This document shows, in pieces, positions 20,552-30,903 of a stretch of 64,000 bases of DNA; within the stretch, counting starts at the first letter, position 1, and the number at the start of each line of letters is the position of its first letter. The notes under the pieces were generated by a model, which was given only the letters and a program-made list of their open reading frames with translations, had not been told where the DNA came from and did no database searches. The translations under genes were made by a program, and so were the position numbers. This stretch comes from Candidatus Moraniibacteriota bacterium. Lineage in GTDB: Bacteria > Patescibacteriota > Minisyncoccia > Moranbacterales > GCA-2747515. Location: positions 2,440 through 66,439 of the forward strand of contig JAGLWU010000002.1 of NCBI GenBank assembly GCA_023133275.1. Reading direction: 5' to 3'.

Positions 20552-21706
20552 TTATAAATCCCCAAATACGCCATCCTTTATTGACTTTTCCATTTCATCA
20601 CATTCAGACATTTCCACTACCTTTCCCCAATAATAACAATTATTCTTATCTTTGACATAAAGAAGTCCTATAAAATGAAAACTTTCTACATCTACACCTT
20701 CAAATATTTTTCCAATATCATATACACTATTTTTGTCTTTTAAATAACTTCCTCCCACATATTCTATGGTATATGGTTCAGCTCCTTCCACTATTTCATT
20801 TTTATAATACAAATTATTTTTATCTTTTGAATAATATTTTGCTTTTTCAAAACTTAAAATTTCAAAAGTATCTAAATCAACTCCTTCAATTTTATCATAA
20901 TCATCATAATAAATTTTACCGTATTTTTTTGTATAGTCATTATACAAATACATTTCTTTTAAACTATTTTTATCTAAAATATTTTTTTGATTTTGACATT
21001 CACTAAAATTAACTTTTTTTCCTTGAAAATAACAATTATTCCTATCCCTAGAATAATCATTTTCTAAAATTTCAAAACTATATACATCAGCTTCTTCTAT
21101 TTTTTTATTTAGATAATAAAAATTATTTTTATCCCTAGAATATTTACCATATAAATAAACTCTCTCCGCATTAACTTTATAATTTTCACATTTTTTTATA
21201 TTATCGACTTCTTTTTCCTCATGAAAACAATGTTTTTCATCCTTTGAATAATTATTTTTTAATATCTCAAAAGTATTTGGATCGCAATTATTTATTTTTA
21301 TGCTTTTATTTTTTAAGGGGAAATAACAATTATCTTTATCCTTTGTGTAATTAAGCTCTAGCAATTCGAAAGTATTTGGATCAGCTTCTTCTACTCTTGC
21401 ACATCCAGAATACACATTATTTTTGTCTTTAGTATAATCATCCCCTAAATATTCAAAAGTAACTGGATCTCCATTTTCCATTTTATTATTCCTGCAATAC
21501 ACGTTATTTTTGTCTTTCCCATAAATATCTTGAAAAACCTGGAAAGTTTCAGGATCAGCCCCTTCTATTTCCTGTCTTCCATAGTAAACACTATTTTTAC
21601 TTCTAACAAACATATCATTATCACTTATATTTTCTTTGTCAATATTAAAAATAAAACTGGAAATTGTACTAAAAATTATAAGTAACCACCAAAATATTAC
21701 CTCCAT
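20552..21706 (-). CDS. DKNYY-repeat surface protein
   Basis: Many Y(S/T/G)KDKNxxY and ADPxTF repeats; N-terminal hydrophobic segment. Confidence 0.88.
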   Translation of the reverse strand: MEVIFWWLLIIFSTISSFIFNIDKENISDNDMFVRSKNSVYYGRQEIEGADPETFQVFQDIYGKDKNNVYCRNNKMENGDPVTFEYLGDDYTKDKNNVYSGCARVEEADPNTFELLELNYTKDKDNCYFPLKNKSIKINNCDPNTFEILKNNYSKDEKHCFHEEKEVDNIKKCENYKVNAERVYLYGKYSRDKNNFYYLNKKIEEADVYSFEILENDYSRDRNNCYFQGKKVNFSECQNQKNILDKNSLKEMYLYNDYTKKYGKIYYDDYDKIEGVDLDTFEILSFEKAKYYSKDKNNLYYKNEIVEGAEPYTIEYVGGSYLKDKNSVYDIGKIFEGVDVESFHFIGLLYVKDKNNCYYWGKVVEMSECDEMEKSIKDGVFGDL

Positions 21707-21739
21707 AAATTTAAAATTAAATTATTTAAAAATTTTACA

Positions 21740-21767
21740 AAAAGCCACGAGATAAATCGTGGCTTTT
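21740..21767 (-). terminator. Intrinsic terminator after fusA
   Basis: aaaagccacga...tcgtggctttt. Confidence 0.75.
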
Positions 21768-21787
21768 CTCTCACAAACTAAAAAAGT

Positions 21788-23884
21788 TTATTTCTCTTCC
21801 CCCTTGCCATTCATAATCTCCTCAGCAACACTACGAGGAACCTCGCTATAATGACTAAACTCCATCGCATAATTAGCTCTCCCCTGAGTCATTGAACGCA
21901 ACTGAGTCGCATAACCAAACATAGCCGCCAAAGGAATCTCCGCATCAATCTCCTTCAATAAAGCATTTCCCTCACCACGATCATTCATTTCTTTAACAAG
22001 ACCTCGCTTAGAACTAATATCACCCACAACATCACCCATATAACCTTCAGGAGTAGTTACTTGAACTTTCATTATCGGTTCAAGAATAACAGGTTTAGCC
22101 TGTCTAACTGCTGCTTTAAATGCCATAGACCCTGCTACTTTGAAAGCCGCTTCTGATGAATCAACATCATGAAATGAACCATCATATAAAGTCGCTGACA
22201 CATCCACCATTGGAAATCCTGCCAACACACCATTATTCATCGCTTCTTCAATACCTTTTGCAGTCGGTTTAATAAATTCTTGGGGAATAACTCCACCTTT
22301 AATTTCATCAATAAATTTAAATCCTTCACCTTGCTCAAGCGGTGCGACTCTCACCCAACAATGACCATACTGACCACGTCCACCAGACTGACGAACAAAT
22401 TTTCCTTCAGCTTCTGATTCAGCCTTGATAGTTTCACGATAAGAAACTTGCGGTTGACCAATACTCGCCTCAACTTTAAATTCTCGCTTCAAACGATCAA
22501 TAATAATATCAAGATGTAATTCACCCATGCCAGAAATAATAGTTTGTCCAGATTCCTCATCTGTACGTACTCGAAAAGTTGGATCTTCTTCAGCTAATTT
22601 ACTTAAAGCAATTGCCATTTTTTCTTGATCAGCTTTTGTCTTTGGTTCAACTGCGATAGAAATAACTGGCTCTGGAAATTCAATTGATTCAAGAATTACT
22701 TGATTATCAGGATCACACAAAGTATCGCCAGTTTTAGTGTCTTTCATTCCAACTAATGCTCCAATTTCACCTGCATACAATTCTTCCACTTCTTCACGAT
22801 CATTAGAGTGCATCCGTAAAATACGTCCAACTCGTTCTTTTTTGCCACTAGTTACGTTGTAAATATATGAACCTGATTTTAAAGATCCAGCGTAAATTCG
22901 GAAAAATACCAATTGACCAACAAAAGGATCAGTAGCTACTTTAAAAGCTAAAGCTGCAAATGAACCCTCATCAGAGTGCTCTACTTTAATTTCTTTTTCT
23001 GAATCATCAGGATCAGTCCCAACGATAGCTGGCACATCAACTGGGGAAGGTAAATAATCAACTACTGCATCAAGAACTAATTGTACACCTTTATTTTGCA
23101 AAGCTGTTCCTGTGAAAACTGGAATTAATTTATTAGCAATCACTCCTTTTCGAATAGCACTTTTAATCTCTTCTTCAGCAAGTTCTTCACCGCCTAAATA
23201 TTTCTCCATCAAAGCATCATCATGCTCTACAGCTTTTTCGATTAATTTTTCTCTCCATTTATTTGCTTTTTCTTTCAATTCTTCAGGAATTTCACTTTCA
23301 ATAACTTTCTCTCCCATATCACCTTCAAAAGTAAATTTTTTCATTTTAACCAAATCAATAACTCCTTCAAATTCATCTCTTTCACCAACTGGCATCTGAG
23401 CAGGAATTGCATTTGGAGTTAATCGATCAAGAATTGACTGAAAAGCTCGATCAAAATCTGCTCCATTTTTATCAATTTTATTTATAAAACAAATTCGTGG
23501 AACTTCGTATTTGTCAGCTTGTCGCCAAACAGTTTCTGATTGTGGTTCAACACCTTCTTTTCCATCAAAAACTACAACACCTCCATCTAAAACACGCAAT
23601 GAACGCTCTACTTCTACTGTAAAATCTACGTGCCCCGGTGTGTCGATAATATTAACTTGGCAGTCTTTCCAAAAACAGGTTGTTGCTGCTGATGTAATTG
23701 TGATTCCTCGTTCTTGTTCTTGTTCCATCCAATCCATAGTTGCTTCTCCTTCGTGGACTTCACCGATTTTATGAGACATTCCTGTGTAGAACAGTACTCG
23801 TTCTGTTGTTGTGGTTTTACCTGCATCGATATGTGCGATAATTCCGATATTTCTTAATTTGTCAATTGATTTTTCCCTTGCCAT
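21788..23884 (-). CDS. fusA: Elongation factor G
   Basis: [42 protein letters not shown]. Confidence 0.98.
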   Translation of the reverse strand: MAREKSIDKLRNIGIIAHIDAGKTTTTERVLFYTGMSHKIGEVHEGEATMDWMEQEQERGITITSAATTCFWKDCQVNIIDTPGHVDFTVEVERSLRVLDGGVVVFDGKEGVEPQSETVWRQADKYEVPRICFINKIDKNGADFDRAFQSILDRLTPNAIPAQMPVGERDEFEGVIDLVKMKKFTFEGDMGEKVIESEIPEELKEKANKWREKLIEKAVEHDDALMEKYLGGEELAEEEIKSAIRKGVIANKLIPVFTGTALQNKGVQLVLDAVVDYLPSPVDVPAIVGTDPDDSEKEIKVEHSDEGSFAALAFKVATDPFVGQLVFFRIYAGSLKSGSYIYNVTSGKKERVGRILRMHSNDREEVEELYAGEIGALVGMKDTKTGDTLCDPDNQVILESIEFPEPVISIAVEPKTKADQEKMAIALSKLAEEDPTFRVRTDEESGQTIISGMGELHLDIIIDRLKREFKVEASIGQPQVSYRETIKAESEAEGKFVRQSGGRGQYGHCWVRVAPLEQGEGFKFIDEIKGGVIPQEFIKPTAKGIEEAMNNGVLAGFPMVDVSATLYDGSFHDVDSSEAAFKVAGSMAFKAAVRQAKPVILEPIMKVQVTTPEGYMGDVVGDISSKRGLVKEMNDRGEGNALLKEIDAEIPLAAMFGYATQLRSMTQGRANYAMEFSHYSEVPRSVAEEIMNGKGEEK

Positions 23885-23919
23885 ATTTTTTTCTTATTAA
23901 ATGATTTTAATGTATAATT

Positions 23920-24813
23920 TTAAACTTGCTCAGTTGTTTCTTCTTTGCTTTCCAATTTCTCCATCTTATCACTTTCTTTTATTTCATCTTCCTCCACTTT
24001 ATTACTCTTATTATTTTTAATATGAAACAAATTTATTGAAAAGATTATTGAAAAAATTATAAATGTAGAAAAAGGCATATTCATCTCTATAAAAAGCGAG
24101 AATAATTCAATAGGCAAAACAATAAAATAAAAATTCAAAATTATCTCATAAGATTTTCCATAACTAATCTTATTGTTTATAATCAAACAAATTAAGAAAA
24201 GTAGCAAAGCCCACCATAGAGCAGTCAACAATCTAAAAATTGCTAAAAATAAAAAAATTAGAACAAAAACTACAATATACAAAACAATCACACCTGCAAA
24301 AAAATAGTCATTAAAATATTTTTCAATCTCTTTAAATTTTACAGAAAAATTTGGAGCTTCATGATTTTTATATACAACTGTTTCATAACTAATATTGTCA
24401 TTATCTTTTGAATATAATTTGTCTTTTAAAAGAATTAGACCTGATTCATATTCATTTAGAATTTCTGGATCATTTTCCTTATTTTTATTAGTATCAATAA
24501 CCAACAAAAAACTTTTATCTTCAGCTGAATATACAAAAGGTTCCTGTATTTCATTAGTAGATAACTGACCATCTTTCATAGTAAGTTCAGCATCTTTGGA
24601 AATAACTTCATTATTAAAAATTTCATCAGCCATTAAAGAAATTTCTTTTTGAACAACAAAAACAATATAAAAAGAAATTGTAAATGAAAATATTACACTA
24701 AAAATAATCCAAAACCAAATAGTTGTATTTGTAGTTTTTTCTTTTGATGTTGTAAGTTTATGTAGAAAATCAGACTTCCATACATCCACAAAACGTTGTA
24801 AAACTTTTTTCAT
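23920..24813 (-). CDS. Membrane protein (DUF1189-like)
   Basis: One N-terminal TM, extracytoplasmic beta domain, several C-terminal TMs. Confidence 0.65.
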   Translation of the reverse strand: MKKVLQRFVDVWKSDFLHKLTTSKEKTTNTTIWFWIIFSVIFSFTISFYIVFVVQKEISLMADEIFNNEVISKDAELTMKDGQLSTNEIQEPFVYSAEDKSFLLVIDTNKNKENDPEILNEYESGLILLKDKLYSKDNDNISYETVVYKNHEAPNFSVKFKEIEKYFNDYFFAGVIVLYIVVFVLIFLFLAIFRLLTALWWALLLFLICLIINNKISYGKSYEIILNFYFIVLPIELFSLFIEMNMPFSTFIIFSIIFSINLFHIKNNKSNKVEEDEIKESDKMEKLESKEETTEQV

Positions 24814-24917
24814 ATTATTAATTAAAAATTACTTAAGAGGTCTATAAAAAACAAAAGATTTTTATGTGTAAAATTAAATAAAATTCATATACATAAAAAT
24901 CTTTTATAAACACGGAT

Positions 24918-25148
24918 TTAAGCAGAAGATCCAACAGAAATCATTATAAACATGATGATCATAAAAAAATAAAGAATGAAAAAAGGAATACTGACAATTA
25001 AACTCGCAACCATCGCATACCCATAAACTGCAAAAGCCCTTTTTAAAAAATTATCCGAATTCAACCATCCTTTATAGCTATGAGTATCTATTTTTTTAGT
25101 TGTCTGCAGTTGTACTTCTTCTTGTTTATTTTGGCTATCTTGTTCCAT
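24918..25148 (-). CDS. Small membrane protein
   Basis: SYKGWLNSDNFLKRAFAVYGY followed by a TM helix. Confidence 0.7.
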   Translation of the reverse strand: MEQDSQNKQEEVQLQTTKKIDTHSYKGWLNSDNFLKRAFAVYGYAMVASLIVSIPFFILYFFMIIMFIMISVGSSA

Positions 25149-25165
25149 AAATTTTTAAATTGAAA

Positions 25166-25633
25166 TTAAGCAAAATGAGCAAAAGCCTTATTTGCATCAG
25201 CCATTCGGTGAGTCTCATCTCGTTTTTTCATCGCACCACCATCTTTTTCAGCCGCAGCCAAAAGCTCTTCAGCCAATATTTCAGCAAAGCCCTTCCCTTT
25301 CTTATTTCGACAAACCTCTCGAATCCACCGCATTGCTAAAGTCTGCCTTTTATCCCCAACAACTGGAATTGGAACTTGATAATTAGCTCCACCAATTCTC
25401 CTTGATTTAAGAGAAACTAATGGCGAAACATTTTTAATCGCTTGTTCAAAAACATTCAAGCCACCTTTTTTAGTTTTTTCATGAATAATATCAAAAGCAT
25501 CGTAAACCAATCTTTCCGCAGTTGATCTTTTTCCACCTTTCATAATTTGACCAACAAATCGTCCTACTAACATATTGTTATAAATAGGATCAGGTTTCCA
25601 TGATTTTTTGAATTTTCTTTTACGTCTAGGCAT
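25166..25633 (-). CDS. rpsG: 30S ribosomal protein S7
   Basis: SRRIGGANYQVP, HRMADANKAFAHF. Confidence 0.97.
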   Translation of the reverse strand: MPRRKRKFKKSWKPDPIYNNMLVGRFVGQIMKGGKRSTAERLVYDAFDIIHEKTKKGGLNVFEQAIKNVSPLVSLKSRRIGGANYQVPIPVVGDKRQTLAMRWIREVCRNKKGKGFAEILAEELLAAAEKDGGAMKKRDETHRMADANKAFAHFA

Positions 25634-25677
25634 AGTTATATATAGAAATTACTTACTAAAATTTATTTGCTAAAAAA

Positions 25678-26097
25678 TTATTTGTTATCTTTAGGTTTTT
25701 TAGCACCATACTTTGATCGCCCTCGACGACGATCTTCCACTCCAGCACAGTCAAGAACACCTCGAACAACGTGATAACGAACACCTGGCAAATCCTTAAC
25801 TCGACCACCTCTAATCATTACGATTGAATGCTCTTGTAAATTATGTCCAATTCCCCCAATGTACGCTGTAACTTCCATACCGTTAGTAAGTTTCACACGA
25901 GCAATTTTTCGCAACGCTGAATTAGGTTTTTTAGGAGTAACAGTTGAAACCTTAAGACAAACTCCTCGCTTAAAAGGACTTTGTGATTTAACTGACTTAT
26001 TTTTATGTGTATTAAACACGGTTGTCATCGCAGGAGCCTTGTTTTTTTTCTCTTTACTTTTACGAGGCTTGCGTTTTAATTGATTGATTGTAGGCAC
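25678..26097 (-). CDS. rpsL: 30S ribosomal protein S12 (GTG start)
   Basis: [30 protein letters not shown]. Confidence 0.98.
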   Translation of the reverse strand: MPTINQLKRKPRKSKEKKNKAPAMTTVFNTHKNKSVKSQSPFKRGVCLKVSTVTPKKPNSALRKIARVKLTNGMEVTAYIGGIGHNLQEHSIVMIRGGRVKDLPGVRYHVVRGVLDCAGVEDRRRGRSKYGAKKPKDNK

Positions 26098-26232
26098 AGT
26101 AAATAAATTTAAATTTTATTAAAAAAGCAACTCTTTTTGTTTATTTGGAATCAAAATATAAACAAAAATAACTAGTTTCGACTAGTAATTACTAATATAT
26201 ACTTTATTTTTAATTTTGTCAAACGGATTCAA

Positions 26233-26412
26233 GTGCTCGCCGCACGGGCTTTTCACCATTTCTCATTCATATCATTCCGGAAAATATATTTTCTTTCATA
26301 GTGCAACGATGAAATAGAAAATAATTTATCCGGAATCTTTACTCTAAGTTCAAATAAAACCTAAAGCAAAACTTTCTTCCGAGATCCTGAATAAATTTTT
26401 TTAAGATGACAC
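26233..26412. repeat. Composite TCATTCCGG...GATGACA intergenic repeat
   Basis: gtgctcgccgcacgggctttt + tcattccggaaaat..atttatccggaatc..gagatcctgaataaat..gatgaca. Confidence 0.8.
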
Positions 26413-26435
26413 ACTAACTAGTTACGAATTACCGA

Positions 26436-26942
26436 TTATTCGTTACTTTCCCTCGCCATCTCAATTGCTTTCACTTCCTCATCTGTCAATTTATACTTTT
26501 CACTTTCACCTTTAATCACTGGTTTTGAATAAACCCGTGTTCCTTCTCGTGTGTGCATTGATGAAATTACTAAACCATTGTCTTGACTATCTAAAAATGT
26601 CGCCACGAAACTTTGATCGCCTCCTAAATCTTTAAACGGATTGAAACGCAAAACTGAAAAACGACTTAATCCTTTTTGTGATAAAGAATTTATTTTATTA
26701 GAAATATCGAAAAGTTCTTGAATTTCTTTATCGAAATGTTTTATTTTGTCGTTATTGTCTAAAATGATTTGTTCTAAATCTTTTCCTTTTTTTCCACGAA
26801 AAAGTAATTTTAATTTTTTGTTATTCTTTCGATTTTGTAAAAAGAAGATTAGAGACAAAATTAAAGACACCAGACTTATTGATAAGGCTATTATTGCAAT
26901 CATTCCAACATTATTTTCATTTATAAAATAGAAATTTTTCAT
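26436..26942 (-). CDS. DUF4446-family protein
   Basis: TM then RFNPFKDLGGDQSF...LDSQDNGLVISS...YSKP...LTDEE. Confidence 0.8.
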   Translation of the reverse strand: MKNFYFINENNVGMIAIIALSISLVSLILSLIFFLQNRKNNKKLKLLFRGKKGKDLEQIILDNNDKIKHFDKEIQELFDISNKINSLSQKGLSRFSVLRFNPFKDLGGDQSFVATFLDSQDNGLVISSMHTREGTRVYSKPVIKGESEKYKLTDEEVKAIEMARESNE

Positions 26943-27027
26943 AATTTCTTTGTACTAGTTGATTGTATTGAGATTATCATTTAAAAGGGGGTTTGTAAAG
27001 GTTTTTTTGAGGAATTATAAATTGGGC

Positions 27028-27065
27028 TTGACATAATAATAATAATAATAATAATAATGTATGAT
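27028..27065 (+). promoter_or_regulatory. Sigma70-like promoter with a (TAA)8 microsatellite spacer
   Basis: TTGACA-(TAA)8-TG-TATGAT; spacer 26 nt. Confidence 0.5.
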
Positions 27066-27138
27066 GAACTATTAGTTTTTAGTTTAAAAGTGGAATAAAT
27101 AATTATTCCCGCTAAAAATTAATAAAAAAAGGAAAAAA

Positions 27139-27393
27139 ATGAGAGTACTATTTACTCTTTTGACGATGATTTTAATCGCCACTGTCCAGTCCTGTTGGGC
27201 AGGCGATCTTGAAGATACTAAAAATTCCGTCCCGATAGAAAAAGATGGAATGGTCATTTCTGACATCCCATTACCTAAAGAAGAAAAAGAAGAAGAAAAT
27301 CCTCTTGTGATAATTACTCCCCAAAATTTATTCCTGCAAAGTGCAGGAATATTACCAAAAATGATTTTTTCGAAAAAAACTGAGGAGGACTAA
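27139..27393 (+). CDS. Small secreted hypothetical protein
   Basis: AAGGA RBS, signal-peptide-like N-terminus, hairpin plus U-tract downstream. Confidence 0.65.
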   Translation: MRVLFTLLTMILIATVQSCWAGDLEDTKNSVPIEKDGMVISDIPLPKEEKEEENPLVIITPQNLFLQSAGILPKMIFSKKTEED

Positions 27394-27494
27394 ACTGTAG
27401 CCAGCGAGAGAATCTTGATAGATTTTCCGCTGGTTTTTTATTTGTCAAAAACCCAAAATTTGCCTAAAACTCACTTTAACGCTAAAATAATTCC

Positions 27495-28196
27495 ATGAAT
27501 GAATACACAATAAAACTAAAGAAAAAACAAAAAGTCGCAGAAGAAACTTGGATGTTTACTTTTCAAAAACCTGCCGATTTAAAATTTCAAGCAGGACAAT
27601 ACGCCATGTTAGAAATTATCGAAGAACGTTTTACCGACGACCGACCAAAATTCCGAGCCATGTCCATCGCCTCCGCACCGCAAGACAATCACCTAGATTT
27701 CATCATGCGAGAAAGTGAAAGTGCTTTTAAAAAAAATATTACCACTTTAGAAATTGGAAAAGAAATAAAAATAAAAGCCCCAATTGGACATTTCAGTTTA
27801 CCTGAAGATAAAAATAAAAAAATAGTTTTCCTAACCGCTGGCGTTGGAATTACACCCATTCGCTCAATTTTAAGAGAAGAGGAGTTGAAAAAATCTGAAC
27901 GAAAAATTACTTTATTTTACTCAAATCGAAATGTTGAAAGTGCTGCTCTTTACAAAGAAATGGAAAAATTTAAATTAAAAAATTACAAGTGTGTTAACAC
28001 AATGACTAGAAAATGTACCAACTGGAATGGCGAGTATGGTAGAATTAATGATGAGATGATAAGCAAGTACCTTGACGAAGTGGAAAATTCGTTATATTAT
28101 GTTGTAGGGACTAAAAAATTTATTGAAGCGATGAGAAAAACGCTTACAGAAATGAAAGTTGAAAAAGAAAATATTATTTTTGACAATTTTGGTTAG
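27495..28196 (+). CDS. FAD/NAD(P)-binding oxidoreductase (ferredoxin-NADP reductase family)
   Basis: FQAGQY, RAMSIAS, TAGVGITP, LFYSNR, FDNFG. Confidence 0.9.
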   Translation: MNEYTIKLKKKQKVAEETWMFTFQKPADLKFQAGQYAMLEIIEERFTDDRPKFRAMSIASAPQDNHLDFIMRESESAFKKNITTLEIGKEIKIKAPIGHFSLPEDKNKKIVFLTAGVGITPIRSILREEELKKSERKITLFYSNRNVESAALYKEMEKFKLKNYKCVNTMTRKCTNWNGEYGRINDEMISKYLDEVENSLYYVVGTKKFIEAMRKTLTEMKVEKENIIFDNFG

Positions 28197-28242
28197 AAAA
28201 TAATTTTAAAATAAAGAGTTTTGAAAGTAAAAAGTTAGACAA

Positions 28243-28315
28243 GCGGGTGTCGTATAGTGGCTTATTATGCCAGCCTTCCAAGCTGAGGACGAGGGTTCGA
28301 TTCCCTTCACCCGCT
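28243..28315 (+). tRNA. tRNA-Gly (TCC)
   Basis: GCGGGTG...CAGCCTTCCAAGCTG...GGGTTCGATTCCC..CACCCGCT cloverleaf. Confidence 0.95.
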
Positions 28316-28326
28316 CAGAGATAATA

Positions 28327-28352
28327 AAAACAGTCTGTAAAAAGGCTGTTTT
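28327..28352 (+). terminator. Terminator after tRNA-Gly
   Basis: aaaacagtct...aggctgtttt. Confidence 0.6.
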
Positions 28353-28370
28353 ATTTTGCAAAAAATCACA

Positions 28371-28674
28371 AACAAGGGGTCATGACCCCTTGTTCAATTT
28401 CTAAAATTTTCCTGTCATTCTGAACGAAGTAATTTTTTGTAAAAAAAATTACGTAGTGAAGAATCCCCCACAGAAAATTAGAAAACTTCTATTTTTCAAG
28501 ATTTTAAACCCCTACAAAATTGTACAAATTCCCAAACATGTCATTCCGGAAAATAATTTTGGAGTGAAACGAAGAAATTATTTATCCGGAATCTATAAAT
28601 TAAGTTTAAAGAAAATTTAAAGCATAATATTCTTCCGAGATCCTGAATAAATCATTTCATTTTTCAAGATGACA
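28371..28674. repeat. Composite intergenic repeat (aacaaggggtcatgaccccttgtt palindrome + TGTCATTCTGAACG unit + TGTCATTCCGG unit)
   Basis: Modules shared with 8078-8215, 14036-14296, 26233-26412, 32851-33021. Confidence 0.8.
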
Positions 28675-28679
28675 AAATG

Positions 28680-28715
28680 TCTAATTATCTAAAAATCTAC
28701 CGTTCTACAAGTCTA
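28680..28715. repeat. Five-unit 8-bp periodic TCTA array
   Basis: tcta at 28680, 28688, 28696, 28704, 28712. Confidence 0.8.
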
Positions 28716-28777
28716 AATTAGATTTCTTTTCTATAATTTGTTAAAATAAAGTTATAACTCAATTAATTATTAAAAAT

Positions 28778-29551
28778 ATGGATCTCAACACTCTCGTTTA
28801 TTTAGCAATATCAATACTGATAGTAATCACCGTCTCAATTTCTGGCGTCTTTTTTATTCAAAAAAATCTGAAAAAGTTTTTAGATAAAAATTTACACTAT
28901 TTAATATCTTTTTCCGCTGGAGTATTTTGTTTACTATCTTATGAAATGTTTCATGAAGCTGAACATATTTTAGATAATTTTAAATATGCAATCTTATCTT
29001 TTGCAACGGGTTTTTTCGGAATTTTCATAATAACTAAAATATTACCTCAAATTCACGAACATCATGATTCTTGCTGCGATCACTCTCATAAAAATAAAAT
29101 TGAAGCAAAAAAAATCCTAATTGGTGATGCTTTTCATAATGTCGGTGATGGAATTATTTTGACAACTGCTTTTTTAACTTCTCTCCCCTTAGGCTTAGCT
29201 GTTTCTCTTTCTGTGATTATTCATGAGTTTTTGCAGGAAATTTCAGAGTTTTTTGTTTTAAAAGAAGCTGGTTTTTCCACCAAAAAAGCACTTGTTTATA
29301 ATTTTTTAGTTTCTTTAACGATTATTATTGGTGTAATAATAGCTCTGCTTTTTTCTAATTTAAATTCGATAAATGGAATAATAATTGGAATAACTTCAGG
29401 AATATTTTTTAATACTGTAATTGTTGATTTAATTCCGCATGGTTTTAAAAAGAAAAAACATAGTGATTCTAAATTGATTCATATTAGTTTGTTATTTTTT
29501 GGGATATTATTTATGTTTTTGATTTTGCATTCACTTGAGCATTCTCATTAA
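28778..29551 (+). CDS. ZIP family metal (Zn) transporter
   Basis: SFSAG, His-rich loop HEHHDSCCDHSH, GDAFHNVGDG, HEFLQE. Confidence 0.92.
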   Translation: MDLNTLVYLAISILIVITVSISGVFFIQKNLKKFLDKNLHYLISFSAGVFCLLSYEMFHEAEHILDNFKYAILSFATGFFGIFIITKILPQIHEHHDSCCDHSHKNKIEAKKILIGDAFHNVGDGIILTTAFLTSLPLGLAVSLSVIIHEFLQEISEFFVLKEAGFSTKKALVYNFLVSLTIIIGVIIALLFSNLNSINGIIIGITSGIFFNTVIVDLIPHGFKKKKHSDSKLIHISLLFFGILFMFLILHSLEHSH

Positions 29552-29560
29552 ATTTAAAAA

Positions 29561-29591
29561 GCGACAGTTTTCTTTACTAGAAAACTGTCGC
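29561..29591. terminator. Hairpin between convergent genes
   Basis: gcgacagttttct...agaaaactgtcgc. Confidence 0.65.
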
Positions 29592-29620
29592 AATAAAGAC
29601 ATGCTACATAGAAACAAACT

Positions 29621-29944
29621 TTAAAAGAAGTCCGCTTTGCAAGGCTCTTCTGAAAATCTTAATCCACGAGAGACTGATTTGTTATCCCAACTCACAACAT
29701 AATCCTCTCCTTCTATGTAGCCAATGCAGGCTATACCCACACTTCTAGTTCCCTCTACATAAAAAATTTCTTCTTTTTGAAAAGAGTTACGGTTTTTCAA
29801 ATAAATAATGACATCGGTAATCTGGAGTTGAGATGCTCCAATTTTCATAGCTACTGCACACTTATCCATATCTCCACTTGCATGAAAAACTAACTTAAAA
29901 CCTTTGGGCAGACTTATGGCGTCGTACCAATTTTCATTCTTCAT
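29621..29944 (-). CDS. Hypothetical protein
   Basis: ATG at 29944 preceded by an AAGGGGT RBS; 107 aa. Confidence 0.65.
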   Translation of the reverse strand: MKNENWYDAISLPKGFKLVFHASGDMDKCAVAMKIGASQLQITDVIIYLKNRNSFQKEEIFYVEGTRSVGIACIGYIEGEDYVVSWDNKSVSRGLRFSEEPCKADFF

Positions 29945-30009
29945 ATTACACCCCTTTTTAGAATTAAAGAACAAATTTTCCCCTACCACTCAATTAATAA
30001 AGAAATTTT

Positions 30010-30041
30010 AGTCTATCAAAAGAAGAAGAAGAAGAAGTCAA
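30010..30041 (-). promoter_or_regulatory. Sigma70-like promoter with a (CTT)6 microsatellite spacer
   Basis: Minus strand TTGACT-20 nt-TAGACT with TGn extension; (AAG)6 at 30020-30037. Confidence 0.5.
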
Positions 30042-30069
30042 ACGAAAAAATTTTATAATTTTCAAACCA

Positions 30070-30098
30070 TTGACTAGACACCAATAAAAGTGCATAAT
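30070..30098 (+). promoter_or_regulatory. Sigma70 promoter for yidC
   Basis: TTGACT-17 nt-CATAAT. Confidence 0.6.
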
Positions 30099-30153
30099 TA
30101 AAACATTAACTCAAAACGTTATTCAATAAATTTAACTAATAAAAAATACACTT

Positions 30154-30894
30154 ATGGGATTTTACAATACAGTTATTTATCAGCCTATTTACAACCTGCT
30201 AATTTTTTTATACTCAATTTTAGGAAGTGATTTAGGTTTAGCTATTATCGCACTGACTGTCATAATTAAATTAATTTTCATACCACTTTCTAAAAAACAA
30301 ATCGAATCGCAAAAAGAACTTCAAAAAGTACAGCCTAAAATTAAAGAGCTGCAGGCAAAATACAAAGACGACAAAGAAACTCAGTCAAAAGAAATGATGA
30401 AATTATACAAAGAGCATAAAATCAATCCTGCTGCTGGTTGCTTGCCGTTGATTATTCAAATGGTAGTTTTTATAACCATGTATAAAATTATCAATAAATT
30501 AACTGAAAATTTCCAAGTTGATTTAAGTAGTCTATACAACTTCATTTCTCATCCTGAAAGCGTAGGGAAAATGTTTATGGGATTTTTAAATTTATCTACT
30601 CCAAGTATTCCTCTGGCTATTGTTACTGCTGGTCTGCAATATTATCAAATTAAAATGATGCAACAGAAAAATGCGAAAACTAAAGTTGTTACTGAGCCTA
30701 AAAAAGATGGTACACCCGATATTGCTACAATTATGTCAAAACAAATGTTAATAGTTATTCCGATGATGACATTATTTATCGGCGCAACCTTTCCCTCAGG
30801 TCTGGCTCTTTATTGGTTTACATCTACGCTTTTCATAATAGTTCAACAGTGGATAGTTATGCACAAAGAAGCTGAAAAAGAAAATAATAAATAA
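30154..30894 (+). CDS. yidC: Membrane protein insertase YidC
   Basis: GLAIIALT, QPKIKELQAKYK, NPAAGCLPLIIQM, GLALYW. Confidence 0.95.
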   Translation: MGFYNTVIYQPIYNLLIFLYSILGSDLGLAIIALTVIIKLIFIPLSKKQIESQKELQKVQPKIKELQAKYKDDKETQSKEMMKLYKEHKINPAAGCLPLIIQMVVFITMYKIINKLTENFQVDLSSLYNFISHPESVGKMFMGFLNLSTPSIPLAIVTAGLQYYQIKMMQQKNAKTKVVTEPKKDGTPDIATIMSKQMLIVIPMMTLFIGATFPSGLALYWFTSTLFIIVQQWIVMHKEAEKENNK

Positions 30895-30903
30895 TTAAAA
30901 ATT

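Noticed and set aside
20552-21706. Diversity-generating retroelement target
   Set aside because: No reverse transcriptase and no TR/VR pair with adenine-specific differences seen in the window
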